A DNA stretch of 63,838 nt, filler included, from Kipferlia bialata (GCA_003568945.1; 4 parts of 3 records of this genome joined end to end with filler, not necessarily neighbours in it); one strand, 5' to 3'; shown: positions 12,901 to 27,654, counted from the whole stretch's first letter. Notes: generated from the sequence alone by a model not told the origin. A program made the numbers and translations.

Positions 12901-14098
12901 AGGTATGACAGAATGTAATCTTGGAACACACATGGATATTAGTACCACTATGTTTATGAGCCAGTATATCCATATATATGTCAACTTACTGACTCCCAGG
13001 CCATCAGGCAGCGTGCCATCTCGCTCAACATGCACATCGCCACAGACCACAGGAGGTATGGGATGTATGTACAAGATACCGTCCTAGAATAATGTATACA
13101 TGGAGAGTGTATCTACATATACCATACCACAGACAAGCATTCTTTTAACTTACCACAGAGAGTCCTGTTGGAACACCATTTTAGACCTGCAGGGTAACAT
13201 ATACGCACTCCACTCGAGAGCTGCCGCAGAGTTGCCAGGTACTGGGGTTCTCTGTCTCTCTTTCTCTTTACTTATTAACATATTTACTCTATTCCATATA
13301 TATATATATGTGGAGGAGGTAACATACCTCTCTGCAGCTACATGTTTAAATGTACACATTCTAATTCTTAACATAGGTGCTGCCGCTGTCCTTAGACTCA
13401 TGAGGCGCCAGATGCTGACAGCCTATGTCAAGATGGGCACGGAGGAGGGGGAGGACGAGAGATTAGGTGTGTATATTTACTATATATATGTATACATGTA
13501 TATGTATATGCATATGTCAAGATGGGGACGGAGGAAGGAGAAGACGAGAGATTAGGTACATATTCTGTACATAAGTGAATATGTGTAGAAAATACATGAT
13601 GACTTGAGACTGAGACCGACGTGTATGAGTATGGAATCGATCTCGTTCTGGCCTTGGTTCTTATGATAGGTCTCCTTGACGACTGGGTTAATTTGATGAG
13701 TATACGTATAATCCTGTTGTAATCCTCTGACTCATATCAGGTCTCCTCGACGAGTGGCCTGAGGTTGTGCCCGATGTCTCAGATGAAGAAGATGCACAGT
13801 TGGAGCCGTCTAGTGAGAGTGATGCTCCATACAGTGCAGGGGAAGTGTTACTACACGAAGAGGGAGAGGGAGAGAGAGAGACTACTGGTAGTGAGGCACC
13901 ATCAACACCAACACCTGCACCTCTCTCATCAGCCTCTGAGGGAGAGGGAGAGGGTGTGACCGAGGCTACCCCTCTGATATCAGAGGACCACACACCCGTC
14001 CCCCCCTCCCCCCATGTGTCTACTCCTCTGTCCTGCATAGAGGGGACTAGGGAGAGAGACCTGGCAGAGGCAACCCAGTTACTCAGGTGTACAAATAT

Positions 14099-14135
<37 letters not shown>

Positions 14136-14310
14136 GTATTCATAGGGGGTACAAGGGAGAGAGACCTGGCAGAGGCTACACAACTATTGAGGAATACAAA
14201 TCATATTATATACATATGTATATATGTATATATATAGAGAGAGAGGGAGATGTATTTATAGAGGGACCTGGCAGGGGCTACGCAGTTACTCAGGTATACA
14301 ATTCATATTT

Positions 14311-14344
<34 letters not shown>

Positions 14345-14678
14345 TGTATTTTTGGAGTGGACTGGGGAGAGGGACCTGGCAGAGGCGACGCAGCTACACA
14401 GGTATAGACTAGAGAACAATATTTACTCGTGAATCTGTAAACATACATGTTTGTATATTTGTTTCTGTTTGGTTGTTTGTAACCCCCAGGAACACCCATG
14501 CCCATTTGCATTGTATCATCATTATACATATACACATATACATATGCCTCTCTTATAGACATTGCAAGTGGATATGGCCTACTGTCTAACATCCAGGAAC
14601 ACCCATGCCCATGTCCATTGCATCATCAACAAGGACACCTCGTCAATCAGAGGGGCAGACGAGACATTCTTGATCTAA
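6635..14678 (+). CDS. Large multi-exon hypothetical alpha-helical (ARM/HEAT-like) protein, 5' partial
   Basis: More than 20 short exons with CTCAC/CTAAC-cccAG acceptors (e.g. GMGDLLRSAADLLAGLFLNP; DVIQDQLSDGVVRTLARYLRHPEPK; RIVELARLLPPFVERC), an acidic exon at 13741-14085, and last exon 14597-14678 (NTHAHVHCIINKD...FLI*). Family not recognised. Confidence 0.6.
11290..11905 (+). repeat. Intronic array of exon-3'-end plus donor copies (VHELPGHTVAGAIHF-AG|GT)
   Basis: Real exon end at 11290-11338; copies at about 11397 (cut by the gap), 11549, 11679 and 11804, plus a remnant at 11896. Confidence 0.9.
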
Positions 14679-15082
14679 AGGGTAGATATCCTAGTCCTGA
14701 TAGAGATCAGAGAGATCTAGCTCCTGTATGGAGTTGCCGGCGTCCTGGTTGTAAGTCCATGCCCGAGCACAACAAGTTGTGAATACGTATACTTGGAGTT
14801 TCACTGTGTGTTATGTGTATTGTTACATTAGTATTGCTTTCAATAGAATAGAAACTCCTCGTATAACAATCGTGGTACATGTATTCACAGTGGAAGATTC
14901 CTGTATCGTCGGATCAAGCTCACAATTTACCATACATGTATAGTAGGCCCTCTATTCAGAACGTTGTCAGCTCTCCCTCAATACTAGAACCAACATGGCG
15001 AGCATATACTCATATCCGGCACTACGTTTCTGCTCTCTGCACCACTATTGTCTCAATGCCTTGATGTGTGTAGTACCTATAT

Positions 15083-18000
15083 CTACCACCACCCACCCCC
15101 ACTCCCCCCCTTGCTGAATATGCCGCTGAAGTCGAGGTCAGACACGCCTCCCCCTGGGGTAAGAGGCATGTACAAAGATTGGACATTGCATATATATATA
15201 GTATACAGTGGTATACCTTGTGTAGTACCATCGGTGAGAGACCTATAACGAATGATCATTGAATACAAATACAAGCATACTTGCAATACCTTGTGTTGTG
15301 CTGGGAGTCACTCACCCATATGAAATCGTATGTATGTATATATATATATGATTGTAAGTGCAATACACTATCCCACCTTGTGTTGTGCTGGGTGTGCTGG
15401 ATCACTCATCTCCATATACTGGTATGATTATAAGTATGTGAATATACTGTACTGCCCCACCATGTGCTGTGCTGGGAGTGCTTGTCCGTGATGACACGGA
15501 GGGTGTGGCCTCAGGCCTCGGTCTCTCCCTCTCCCTCTCCCTCTCCCTCGGTGTCTCGTCTCTCCGTGTCTGGGTGGGTGTCCGTCTCCTAGTTGTGGTT
15601 GGGGTACGGGTCTGGGTTAGAGAGAAATCCAATTAGTATACACATATAGAAAGTAAATAGGCTTACATGAAACTCTGAGGTAGGAAGTTTGTGGATTCCA
15701 CATTGCGGAAATTACAACTACCCTATACATATATCAGGACGATATATATATGTTCTCCTGATAAACATAAATACATACTCTCCACTGGAGAGTCTCCAGA
15801 GCGAGTATATATTTACCTGCTGCTTTTGGGACAGTGCCTTCTCCACATATGCCACAATGCCAGAGTCAAAGAGAAGGGGGTTGAAGGCCTGACGGGTAAG
15901 ACCACCTTAGACTCCATACGACTGAAATAGACGATTCACTGTATGGATATCAGACACGTGTAAACTATTACATGTAAAGGTACCTGTATGTGCCTGACTG
16001 ACCCCAGACAGGACTCTGCCCTCAGCGCCTCTATCTCCCTCTCTGCCTGTATCTGGGTGTCACTCTCAGTGCCACTGTCTCTGGTGGCCATGTCAACGTC
16101 AACATCCACTGGTAGGAGGGCCTGTTGATGAGATAGGGATGCTCTTTAATAGTTACGATCGACATGAAACAATGTCAACGTCAATGTCTACGGGTATACA
16201 TAATACAGCGATGCGAGATTGGTATGTGTACCACTCTTGGAGTATAGAGTAGCTCTCTCCGATACCTCAGGTGGCAGCACCCTCCAGAGCATAGCTGTCT
16301 CGTATCTCTGGTTCACCATGCCTCCCTCCCCCTCTCCCTCCCCCTCTCCCTCTCCGGTTGTCAACAGCACATAGAAGTCCTTGAGAGCATTACCCCTGTG
16401 ATCAGTCAGAGAAGAGCCTGAGCTGAAGTACTCATTACAAGAACTAACTAAATACATCTTATCAACAGGACATAGAAGTCCTTGTGCATTGCCCCTAGGA
16501 CTATTAGATACAAGTGTTTCTTGTTGTATTCAATGACCACTGCTAACATAATATGTATCAAGACATAAAAGTCCATGAGGGTGTTGCCTCTGGGATGAGT
16601 GTCAATGTGGTAACCATACTATGGTTATCGGTATCGTTGGTAAATGGTACTGCCTTTCTTCCGGCGAAAATGAATGACAATGTTAGTACTACTCTTTCCA
16701 AACCTTGTGTTGACAGAGAGAACAAGAGCCAGTCTACACTGCTCGAGGGTGTGGAGAAGACGGTGGGCTGTTGTGAGTATATTGAATTAGAATATTATTG
16801 AAAGCGTTCTGCCTCAGCGGTCTAGTCAGTTACTGAATAGTGTGGTGACGAGTACATGTCACCTATGTTGCCTGGCTCCAGTGACCCAGTTGTCACTATG
16901 CAGGGTGGTCCAGACAGACACACGGGTGAGACAGTGTGTCTGTAATCAGACATCATATTACAGTACATAACTGTTAATGACTTGTCAGAAAATTTGTGGA
17001 CCAAGGCGTAGTGCATGCAAAGCAGTCATGTCCCATGGTGGGAGATATATATAAATATGGAAATATATATATGAATATGTATATAGATACATCGTATATA
17101 CATCATTCTACTACATATATATACCTAGGTGTAGTGAACAGTGCGTGTATGGCAGTCATGTCCCATGGGGGGGCAGGGGCACGGAGGGCAAGGTGGCCTA
17201 TGCTGGTGCCTGGAGTCAGTATCATTCGTGATAATCAGAACGTGTGTACAGCTATAGTACCTGGAAATAGGACACAATCATCAGAAAATCTGATTGTGAT
17301 ATATATGTGTACTTCACCTGCTATCACGTCCATCTGACCCAGTCTCAGATGGGACACGGAGCACACAGCGGCACCCTGGGGGGTTAGGGTATATATACTG
17401 GTATATACACTGGTATCGGTATAGATAGCCATGATAAATTCAACTGTCTCCTTGCCTTTCTCGTTGGAAGTCTGGTCCAGAGTGGCCCCAGAGAGGCACC
17501 TGGGGGAGCTGTGGGTTGTCCTGCAGTCATGATGAGACATAGCCACTATATCATCATATAGGGATATATACAGAGACACTGGAGTAGGAGAAGAGATTAC
17601 ATGAACGTGGAGGTTACGGCAGAACTTCAATAAGTGCGCTACACACTATACGAGCAACATACCGTGGCAAGAGCATACTGATGCGGCAGCAGGTGCACAG
17701 AGAGGCAGGGCAGCAGCATGTAGGACAAGGGGCACAGACACCTCTCTCTCCTCAGCAGATGCCCTAGGTAGTCTGAGAGACACCTTGCGTCTCTGGCCCC
17801 TGGATAGTACACTGCGTAGCCTAACTGTTAGCCAATCTTGTAGAAGCATTGAGGTATAGACAATCTACACCATACCTTCTGGCTAACGCCACACTTGTCA
17901 CAGACGCCACTTCAAAGGCGAGCCCTCTTGTGCTTGTCACACTTGTGACAAACGAGTTGATGGACTGGGACAGCTCCTCAACACCAACCCTCTAATTGTA

Positions 18001-19343
18001 AGTACTATATTTCACATGATCAATATTTCCTATATGGATATCAGCTTTTCTCTTGCATCAGTAACTATATACTGTGTATCTGAGTACCTGCTGGTATGAC
18101 AAGATCTACATGGTGAAGTACTAATCGATGTCTAAACAGTACCATATATTAATGCAAAAGTGTGTGGTACCTGTTGGTATGACAGGATCTCAGCTGCAAA
18201 CCCGGAGGGCAGTCCACCTAGTGTTAGTGATATATGTACCTATATCGTAGTTGTGCGATATAGTCCGGATAGTCCCAATACATATGTGACCACTATGGAT
18301 GTTATGAAAGTGTGTCCACCTAGCAGCTCGAGCAGAGGGTCATAGGGTGGTGCAATGACCCTAGACGTCACAAAGACTAGGAGGACCTTGGGGGCAGCAA
18401 ATCTATGTATGAGGGGCTTAGACAAGGAAGCATACACATAAGTAGTGTGTCTGCATAATGCATGGTATACCTCCTTATCACCCTTTCGAATAGACATATA
18501 CATATCAGCGATTGAACGCAATAGTATATACCTCCCTATCACCCTAGCTAGTTGACCAGCTGACACATCAGATGTGGTCAGTGCCACTCTGTTGGAGAGG
18601 GACCTAGCTGCCAGGAAGCGCTGCTGGAAGGCGGCCTTAGGGTCAGGGTACATGTATTGTGTACAACATACCATCCGCTTACATTACATTACATCTTATA
18701 GGTAGTTGTCTGCTGGAAGGCGGCCTGAGTATGAGTTCCAACTGGTATATCAAGCACTTAGTCTGGGTATAGTGGGGATTCTCCATATCAAAAACCTCTC
18801 TACTCTTTCGAATCTCCGTGTCGTGGAGAGAAGGATTATAGATATTCACACTAACACTAAGGTATGGCTGTAGATGGTGTTGAATATACAGAAAATACCT
18901 GAGGGGAAGATAGCTCTGTGATGTCTCCTGCCGACATGGTAAAGAGGGAGAGAGGGGGGGTGGGAGAGTCAGTGCCTGAGTGAGGGTATACACGTCTAGT
19001 GCACACATATAGTGAGGCTCATGTAGTTTACTGGGTGTGTGTGTGTACGTACCTGCCGATGCTATGATGACCGAGCTCAGCTGGTGGGAGACAAGGCGTG
19101 CTGGGGGTTAGTGAAATAGAGACTAATCATATACCATATAGTAACTACATAAGTATTACAGATGACTTGTACCAAGCTGCATCGGTGCCTCTCCCTGACC
19201 CGAGTATACAGTATAGTCTCTTATCATATACCTATATGGTATAAGACACTATATGTGTCTCATACGGTATACATGTGTCTGATACCTAGCTGCTTCGGTG
19301 CCTCCCCCTGACCCGACACATCAATCACAAACACAACACTCAT
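15083..19343 (-). CDS. Meiosis 1 arrest protein (M1AP)-like protein with vWA-type N-terminus
   Basis: Starts MSVVFVIDVS. Spliced motifs in order: VCSCHG, VSPVCLSGPPCIV, DWLLFSL, DFYVLL, AMLWRVLPPE|ALLP, AESCLG|GLTRQAFNPLLFDSGIVAYVEKAL. This parallels my recollection of the M1AP C-terminal half. Ends ...GGSGGGWW* at 15083. Confidence 0.6.
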
Positions 19344-19861
19344 GGTGTGTGAAAGCCCTAAGAACCTGTCTGGAAACTAGCACTGGTACTGTGTTGTATA
19401 TACTGTGCCCAACCAGCGATCGGCGCTCGCAGTAGAATTTACGAGAGAGCCTCTCTTGATTGAGTATACTGCCCGTGCGGACACACGTGTGATTCTGTGG
19501 GACTGCCCTGACTGTAGTGTATCTAGCTTGTCTCTTTTCTTGTCAATGCTGGTGGTGTATGTAGGAAGGTGTGTGTCTAGTCAAGTGAGAGTGTCAGTCT
19601 ACAGCAAAGTAGGTTGAGAGCCTCTGACAGTACAGGTGCGCCATCTGCATACAGGTGTAGTACAACTGTAGTGAGAGTCTCATACTATATGATGTCATAT
19701 TGAGATCCTCAGAATGGTCGAGTCTACAAGAAAGTGAGAGTGCTAATTTGATTGCTACTAACCTCTCAATTTGACTCTACAGCACAATGACTAGTGACAA
19801 ACAACCGAACTTAGGATGATTGGACATATTCAGAGAAACAACAGAGAGTGCTACCCACACG

Positions 19862-21881
19862 TCAGGAGTCTATTTCAAAGTGTGCAGTGACAACAAATAC
19901 ACCCACATCACTAGCCAATAACATATACTGGGTCTGAGTATCGCCTGCCCCCTCAAAGGGACACATGCTACCCTCATACATACCCTCTGGGAGTACCCCA
20001 CTCTCTCTCTCTCTCTCTCCCTCTTCACTGTTAGAGGTCTGTGTTGTTGTTAAAGTTCGAGTTGAGACCCATTCATCAGCCTCAGTAACATACACCGAAC
20101 TGTCAATCGGACAATTCTGTACCCCACCCCCACTAATACTGACTACATACTGCTGCTGGGTGCCAATTGGACTGACACAGCTGTGGATAAAGGGTGTGGG
20201 GTGGGGGTTGTGCTCTCTCCACACACCCCTAGGCACACTGTCTCCCCCTGACCCCGAGGGAGATAGTGTGAATGAGACGTGTCTGCTACCCGAGGGTTAG
20301 ACAGGTCGCTCTCTCTCTCCAAGTGTATATATATATTATAGATTATAGTTTATATACCAAACCTGAGCATACACACTGCAATGTGCCATTAATATTGAAC
20401 AGATAAGTACAAAAGGTCTAGTGTTGAGTAAATAATCAATAAAATACAGATACAGAATGCCCACCTGAGCACACACAGTGCAGGGTGTCTGCCATCACTA
20501 CAGAGGACACATGGCCCAGGGTGAAGGGGAGGTCCTGGAATCATATTTAATCCTATATATATCCTATATATACACTAAATATTTTAATAGTAGCACTAAA
20601 TAGACTATATACACGTGGCCCAGGGTGAAGGGAAGATCCTGGAATCACATTTCGTCCTGTATATATACTGTATCTACACAAAATATTATAATACTACTAT
20701 ACATATAGACATGTCTCAGGGTGAAGGGGAGGTCCTGGGGTCATATGAATAGGGGATGCAAGAACAAGAGTAAGAGCCATATCTCGCGTACCTCCCCCCT
20801 CTGCCACCTGTCTGTGGCTGGGTCATACCACCATGTCTCGCGGAGTGGGCCCTGTCTGTTGTATCCGCCTGGAGTAAGGTAGATATAAGCAAAGATAATA
20901 GATAGAGATACATATATTTGTATTGGTGTCATGGGCCCTGTCTGTTGTACCCAGCTGAGGAGATGTGCATATACTACAAATACATACTCCAATACATACA
21001 CACTGAGTATACCGACACATGTGAAAGTGTAAGGGGCCTGTCTGTTGCATAGAATACACAGTAAATACATAGACAGTGTACATAGTGTCCATAAGGTATA
21101 CACAGCGCTTACCTGCTATAAACACCCTGTCCCCCAAGCACCCCAAGGCACATGAGTGCGCATTGTATATTATACCATATAAATACTACCTACAATATAA
21201 CTAATGCATTAATTATCACATGTTATTACCTGCTATAAACAACCTATCCCCCAAGCACCCAGAGGCACATGAGTGTCGTGCACTAGGCCAGAGACCAGAG
21301 GCCACTCTCTCTCTCTTGGTGTGGAAGGCCATCTCACCCGTCTCACACGTTTCAGACGGCTCAGACGTCTCAGACGGTTCACTGTCTCTCCTTCTGAACC
21401 TAGCCTTGACCTTACGCCATATCGCATCTACCAAGGCCTCTCTCTTGCTGTAGCCCCCTACTATCACCCACCTGATGGTAAGGTATATATATATATATAT
21501 ATATATGGGGAGAGAGATGTAAATATCACCCACCTGAGGGTAAGGTGAAATATACATATGGAGAGAAGAGAGAAAGAGAGGTACTAGAGTAAGTCTATGT
21601 GGTATGTCATTGTGTACCAAGTCTTATGGCTCTCATGCATGTGGACAGCTGGATATATAAATAAATTACTACACAGCTGGATATATATATATATATATAC
21701 ATTACTACACAGAGAGATATATGTATATATACTACTCAAATAGTATATATATATACTCACTCTTCTGTATCTAGGTGGTATGCTCTCATCATGCATGTGG
21801 ACAGCTTTGAGGAACGATGGAGACCTCCAAAGAAGTATACAGTGGATCCAATCCTAGGTATTAGGAAGAGCATAACACTCT

Positions 21882-21926
<45 letters not shown>

Positions 21927-21991
21927 ATAGTGCAGATCCCCAAGGAAGCATACAGTCGTCCCTATCCTATATGTAAGAGGCATTACCCTAC

Positions 21992-22026
<35 letters not shown>

Positions 22027-23682
22027 ACGGTGCAGACGCCCCAAGAAGTATACAATTGCTCCAATCCTAGGTATTAGGAAGAGCATAACACTCTGAGATA
22101 TAGAGAGAGAGATGAACGGTGCAGACCTCCAAAGAAGTATACAGTCGTGCCAATTCTACAGGTAAGAGGTATTACCCTTTGAAAGAGAGAGAGAGAGAGA
22201 AAGGAATAGGTACAAACCCCCAAAGAAGAACACAGTGAATCCAATACTATATATCATATATACATATCATATATATAATATATGAAAAAGAAGTACACAG
22301 TGGATCTAATACTATGTATATCATATATATATAACATATATATCATATATGTAAGGACAATGCCATTATGAGGGAGAGAAGGAGGGAGGAACAGAGGGAG
22401 GATAGGAGAGACTGAAAGAGAGAGACACACAAATAGAGTGAACAACCATGGGCTACATATACTAGTACATATCATACCTCACTAGGGTCATGCCTTTAAG
22501 CTCACTCTCTCTGTATATATATATATAAATATAATCTATATATATACATATACAAGTATATATACCATATATAATATATATATACAATCTATGTATCCTA
22601 CCTCACTACAGCCATTCCCTTAAGCGCAGCCCTCGACCTATTCTCAGCATAGAGACTATTCACTCTGACGTGAGAGATTGTATATATACTTATGTATAAA
22701 TATACAAATTATGGAGAGAGAGTGTATATATAAATATATATATTGGCGTGACAATACCTCTGCACTGATTGTTCTGTAGTGTATCCCCCATCTCTGGTCT
22801 GTCTGAGTGTCACCGATAGGATGACCTCCCTGCCCAGATCAGAGGCACCTGATACATGAGATATATGAATAAGCATATATATATAAATACAGACAGAGCT
22901 TGACCTCCTTGCCCAGATCAGAGGCACCTAGTGTAAGTATATAGACACTCTTGTTTGTATGATGATGATGATTACCAGAGAAAATAAGAGGGACAGAGAG
23001 AGAGAGAGAGAATGACCTCCTTGCCTAGATCAGAGGCACCTGATACATGAGATATAAGTATAAGTATACTCACATATACATGTCTATAAATATATATATA
23101 GAGAGAGGATGACCTCCTTGCCCAGATCAGAGGCACCTAGAGTGAGAAATATGTAAATAAGTATACTAACATGAGAAGAACAGAATGACAGGGGGAGAGA
23201 GAGAGAATGACCTCCTTGCCTAGATCAGAGGCACCTAGAGTGAGGAAAGATAAAGGGGTAAAAGTATATATATATATAGAGAGAGAGAGAAGAGAAAAGC
23301 AGAGAGGATGACGGTCAGAGGCACCTATTGCAAAGTATGTATAAATAAAACTCACCCACTCTTACTTTCGTATGTACAAATATAGAGAGAGAGAATGACC
23401 TCCTTGCCAAGATCAGAGGCACCTGAGGCATCAGACATAAGTATATGCATGGGTATAAATATATGTGTATACATGTATATATCGAGACAGAGACAGAGAG
23501 AGTGGCCATGTTGCCCAGATCAGAGGCGCCTACAGTGAATGAGATCAAAACCCATGTCCATAAACTCTGTATATACTTACGTGTTACACTTGAAAATATG
23601 GAGATACTTCTCATACACACTATTATTATACATATATATTCAAATGAAAATAACGAACTTCAGAGATAATAGACAACGTAAA

Positions 23683-23725
<43 letters not shown>

Positions 23726-23983
23726 TGTTCACTATGGTCACATACACCTAGAGTGGGAAGAAACGCTATTTAGCCAGACGATGGCTAGATATATAGCAGA
23801 CCAATAGAAAGCAGACCAATATATATATAGATAGATCAATATAGTTGGAACCTGTAGTCACATGAACTCACCCACAACACCAACTTGGTTGGCACCTAGG
23901 GGAAAGGCCACGGGTACCCCATAAGCAGCACAGCCATCACTCAGGGCCAGGCGATCGAACTCCAGGCAGGGGATGCCCTGCAT
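19862..23983 (-). CDS. Kelch-repeat protein
   Basis: ATG at 23983 (MQGIPCLEFDRL). Kelch motifs IGSTVYFFGG...YHLDTEEW and WPSARHSCASGCLGDRLFIAGG...TWWYDPATDRW. Long terminal exon ends at 19862. Confidence 0.8.
22820..23535 (-). repeat. Intronic array of acceptor plus exon-5'-start copies (AG|GTGCCTCTGATCT..., GASDLG)
   Basis: About 8 units spaced roughly 80-115 nt apart; only the last (about 22848) continues as a full exon. Confidence 0.9.
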
Positions 23984-24190
23984 CGCAATAGAGCATCCAA
24001 AGAGAAGACTGCATTTAACGCCAAGATATGGAATACCAGACTACACCCTTATAGGTATTGATTGGCAAACACCAAAAAATCTCGGTGTGAAGGGGTGTAG
24101 GGTGACTCACCATGACTCTATGCTACACAGCAGCCACACACAGTGTCTGAGTGGGTCTCTCTCTCTCTCTCTACATTAGTGGTGTGTAGT

Positions 24191-25305
24191 ATGTCGATGG
24201 AAGAGCTGCAGCGGAGCTTTCGAGAGGAGCCGTCTCTTGCATCACTGAAAGTCAGGAACCAGGTGTACATAGGTATGCATGTAGTATAGCTACAGGTATT
24301 TATGTGTGCACATTATGATACTATACCCATTCTGATACTGTTTGTTACCTGGTAAATACTGGGTACTGCTACGTATATGTACGTATGCGCATTGTGTATT
24401 CCACACCGATATTGGATAGAATAGATCAATTCCACTCCATAGATCTATTTGGTCTTCCCTTCTCCAGTGTGTATCTCCCTCCCTCTCAGTCTCGGTGTTG
24501 TGTTTCTCTTGTCCTGAGTCTCCCCCCCCCCCCATCACCATTACCCTTTCCCTTACCGTACTCTTATCATGCAAGAGTATATATATGTATATATATACCA
24601 CCTTCATTTATCTCCCCCCCTCCCCCCAGGTGACAACACAGTCCTGGTCAATGGGTGGAGAAAGGGTGCCAAGAACTGTGCTTACTTCACAATCTCGCGT
24701 GTCCCAACACCTCTTAACTCGCGTAAAGAAGATGATAGTGGGTACACCTGGGTTGTGAGTGAGAGTGATCTCCCTACCCCCTTCCCACCCCTGTCCTCCT
24801 TTGCACTGACCCTGATACAAGGGTGTGTGTATGTGTATGGGGTGAGGATAGTGTATATTATAGAGTATACGTGTACACAGACTCTCTCCATCCCTCCTTC
24901 TTAACATTGACCCTGATACAAGGATGTGTGTATGTATATGGGGTGAATGTGTGTATATGGGACTATAAGGTACACAGTAGATGCATTCCTCAGGGGATAA
25001 ATCTATAATGATTCATATGTATATATATATACCCCATAATTACGCATAATCATATGTATATGTATGTGTATATATGTGCGTGTTTAAATACACTTATACC
25101 AGGTCAGGGACAGTGCGGGTGAGGTCTGTGCCGATATGTATGCAGTACATGATATACAATAAGTATATATATATATGTATATACATACTAACCCTAGGTC
25201 AGGGACAGTGAGGGGGAGGTCTGTGCCGATCTGTATGTGTTGCACATAGACACCATGGAGTGGGAGACACTCTCAAAAGAGACAAGGCAAGTCTCAACCT
25301 ATAGG

Positions 25306-25346
<41 letters not shown>

Positions 25347-26086
25347 CCGATCTGTATGTGCTGCACATAGACACCATGGAGTGGGAGACACTGTCAAAAG
25401 AGACAAGGTGATATATGTATCTATATGTATATATATATATGTATGTATGTATGTATGTATATGTGCTACATATAGACACGATGGAGTGGGAGACACTCTC
25501 TAAGGAGACAAGGTGAGACACACTCTGTAGAAATATGTATGTAGATATAGACATGTATGTATATGAATGCGCAACTAATAGATATATATATATAGTATCT
25601 CGCTGATTTATGTATAGTATCTCGCTGATTGTCAGGGAGGTCAATGGCAAGGTCAAGGCTGAGCAGTGGCCGATGAGACGCCATAACCACCTGTCCTTCG
25701 CAGTGGGTGGACGGTTGGTTGTGGTGGGGGGATACAGCCCAGACACGACACACACATATGGGTGAGTATGCAGCATGTAGTTGTATAGTATATAGTACTA
25801 TGTATTACGGCAATTGCTATAACTAAATACATAAGTATACATATGCAACTCTATCTGCGTCTATGAGGATACAGACACACACATATGGGTGAGCGCATGT
25901 TACTATATATATCATTATCTAAATATGCATCCAGATATGAGACGGATATATCGGTGTATCAGTGAATGTATATATATAAACTAATATATACTGGCTCCAT
26001 TATGTGGATCTGCATACTCCCAGTGGTGCCTGCAATGACTGCTAGGAGTTCACCCTAATACAATGCAACCCAAATATATACACATA

Positions 26087-26123
<37 letters not shown>

Positions 26124-26621
26124 CTAACATCCAGTGGTGCCCTCAATGACTGCTGGGAGTTCAACCCAGAGACCAGAAGGTATGGCAGATATATATATAT
26201 ATCACTCTTATATTAATTTGTGTATATATATATATATATCATGCTTAATGACTGCTGGGGGTTCAACCCGGAGACAAGGAGGTATGTTTGCATGCATATA
26301 TGGAGGAATATGATTGTAGCTCATTATAGTGTGATTTCTGAGTCCAATACTATGCAAGGAGGTGGCAATGCGTTATTAGTATATATGGGTATGATCTTAC
26401 TATATATTCCTTTCATATAGATAGGCAAGTTACACTACTCTAACCATAGGTGGAGACCATATATATTATATGTATATCTATATAATATATATATAGTATA
26501 CATATAGTGCATGTAGTCTGCATCTGGCAGATAATGAGCATACAATGCTCATATACCAATGAGTAGAGTTAGTATATTATATGTGGCAATGCTTTGATTA
26601 CTGCATGTCCCTAGATGAGGG

Positions 26622-26663
<42 letters not shown>

Positions 26664-27615
26664 ATTTTATTATAATCCCTTGGTGGAGACAGCGCAGGAG
26701 GTTTCATTAGCAACACTATTCTATGCATATAGGTAGTGTATATAGACATGTATAGGTATGTGTATGGGTGTCCTCTGACTTCCATTGACTTCTAGGTGGA
26801 GACAGCGCAAGAAGTGGAGGTTTGCAAACAAGGGCATCACAGTAGACGATGCATGCATTGTGGTATGTGTCTTTCTCTCTCTCTCTTTCTCTCTCTCTAT
26901 ATATATATATGTGTGTGTGTTTATGAATATGGAAATATACTAAATATGTATGTTTGCACACAAGGGCATCACGGTGGGAGATGCATGCATAGTGGCGGCT
27001 ATATGTATGTACAGTTACATATATATCCTGGTAGTAATATATTAATGCATGCCACTTGATATCTAGGTGTGTAAACATGCCTACTTACACCAGAATGGCT
27101 CCACGGCCCACGTATTCTACCAGAATGACATCCCAATGCATGTCCAGTTCACACTGGAGAAAGGTATCAATACTAATAGACAAACACACACACACATATA
27201 TATATATTAATATTTGTGTGTGTATAAATATATATGTGTGGGTACCCTATTGTTACCAGAATGACATCCCAATGCATGTTCAGTTCACACTGGAGAAAGG
27301 TATCAATTACAATATAGATATATATATATATATATGTATATATATTGTATGTGGGTACTCTCTAGTTTCTATATCATTAACCCAATGCATGTCCAATACA
27401 CACTGGAGAGAGGTATACTGTACTAATACCAATACACATAAACACATACATTCACAATAATATACACAAGTATGTATTTACATACTGTCCTTCTTTCTTT
27501 CCATTCACCCTCAGGTGCCTCTGTGAGTGGCACCCCTCTGTAATGTATATTCGTATACATATACATTCATCACTATATGAACTAGTATGCATATATCTTA
27601 ACATATATATATATA

Positions 27616-27654
<39 letters not shown>

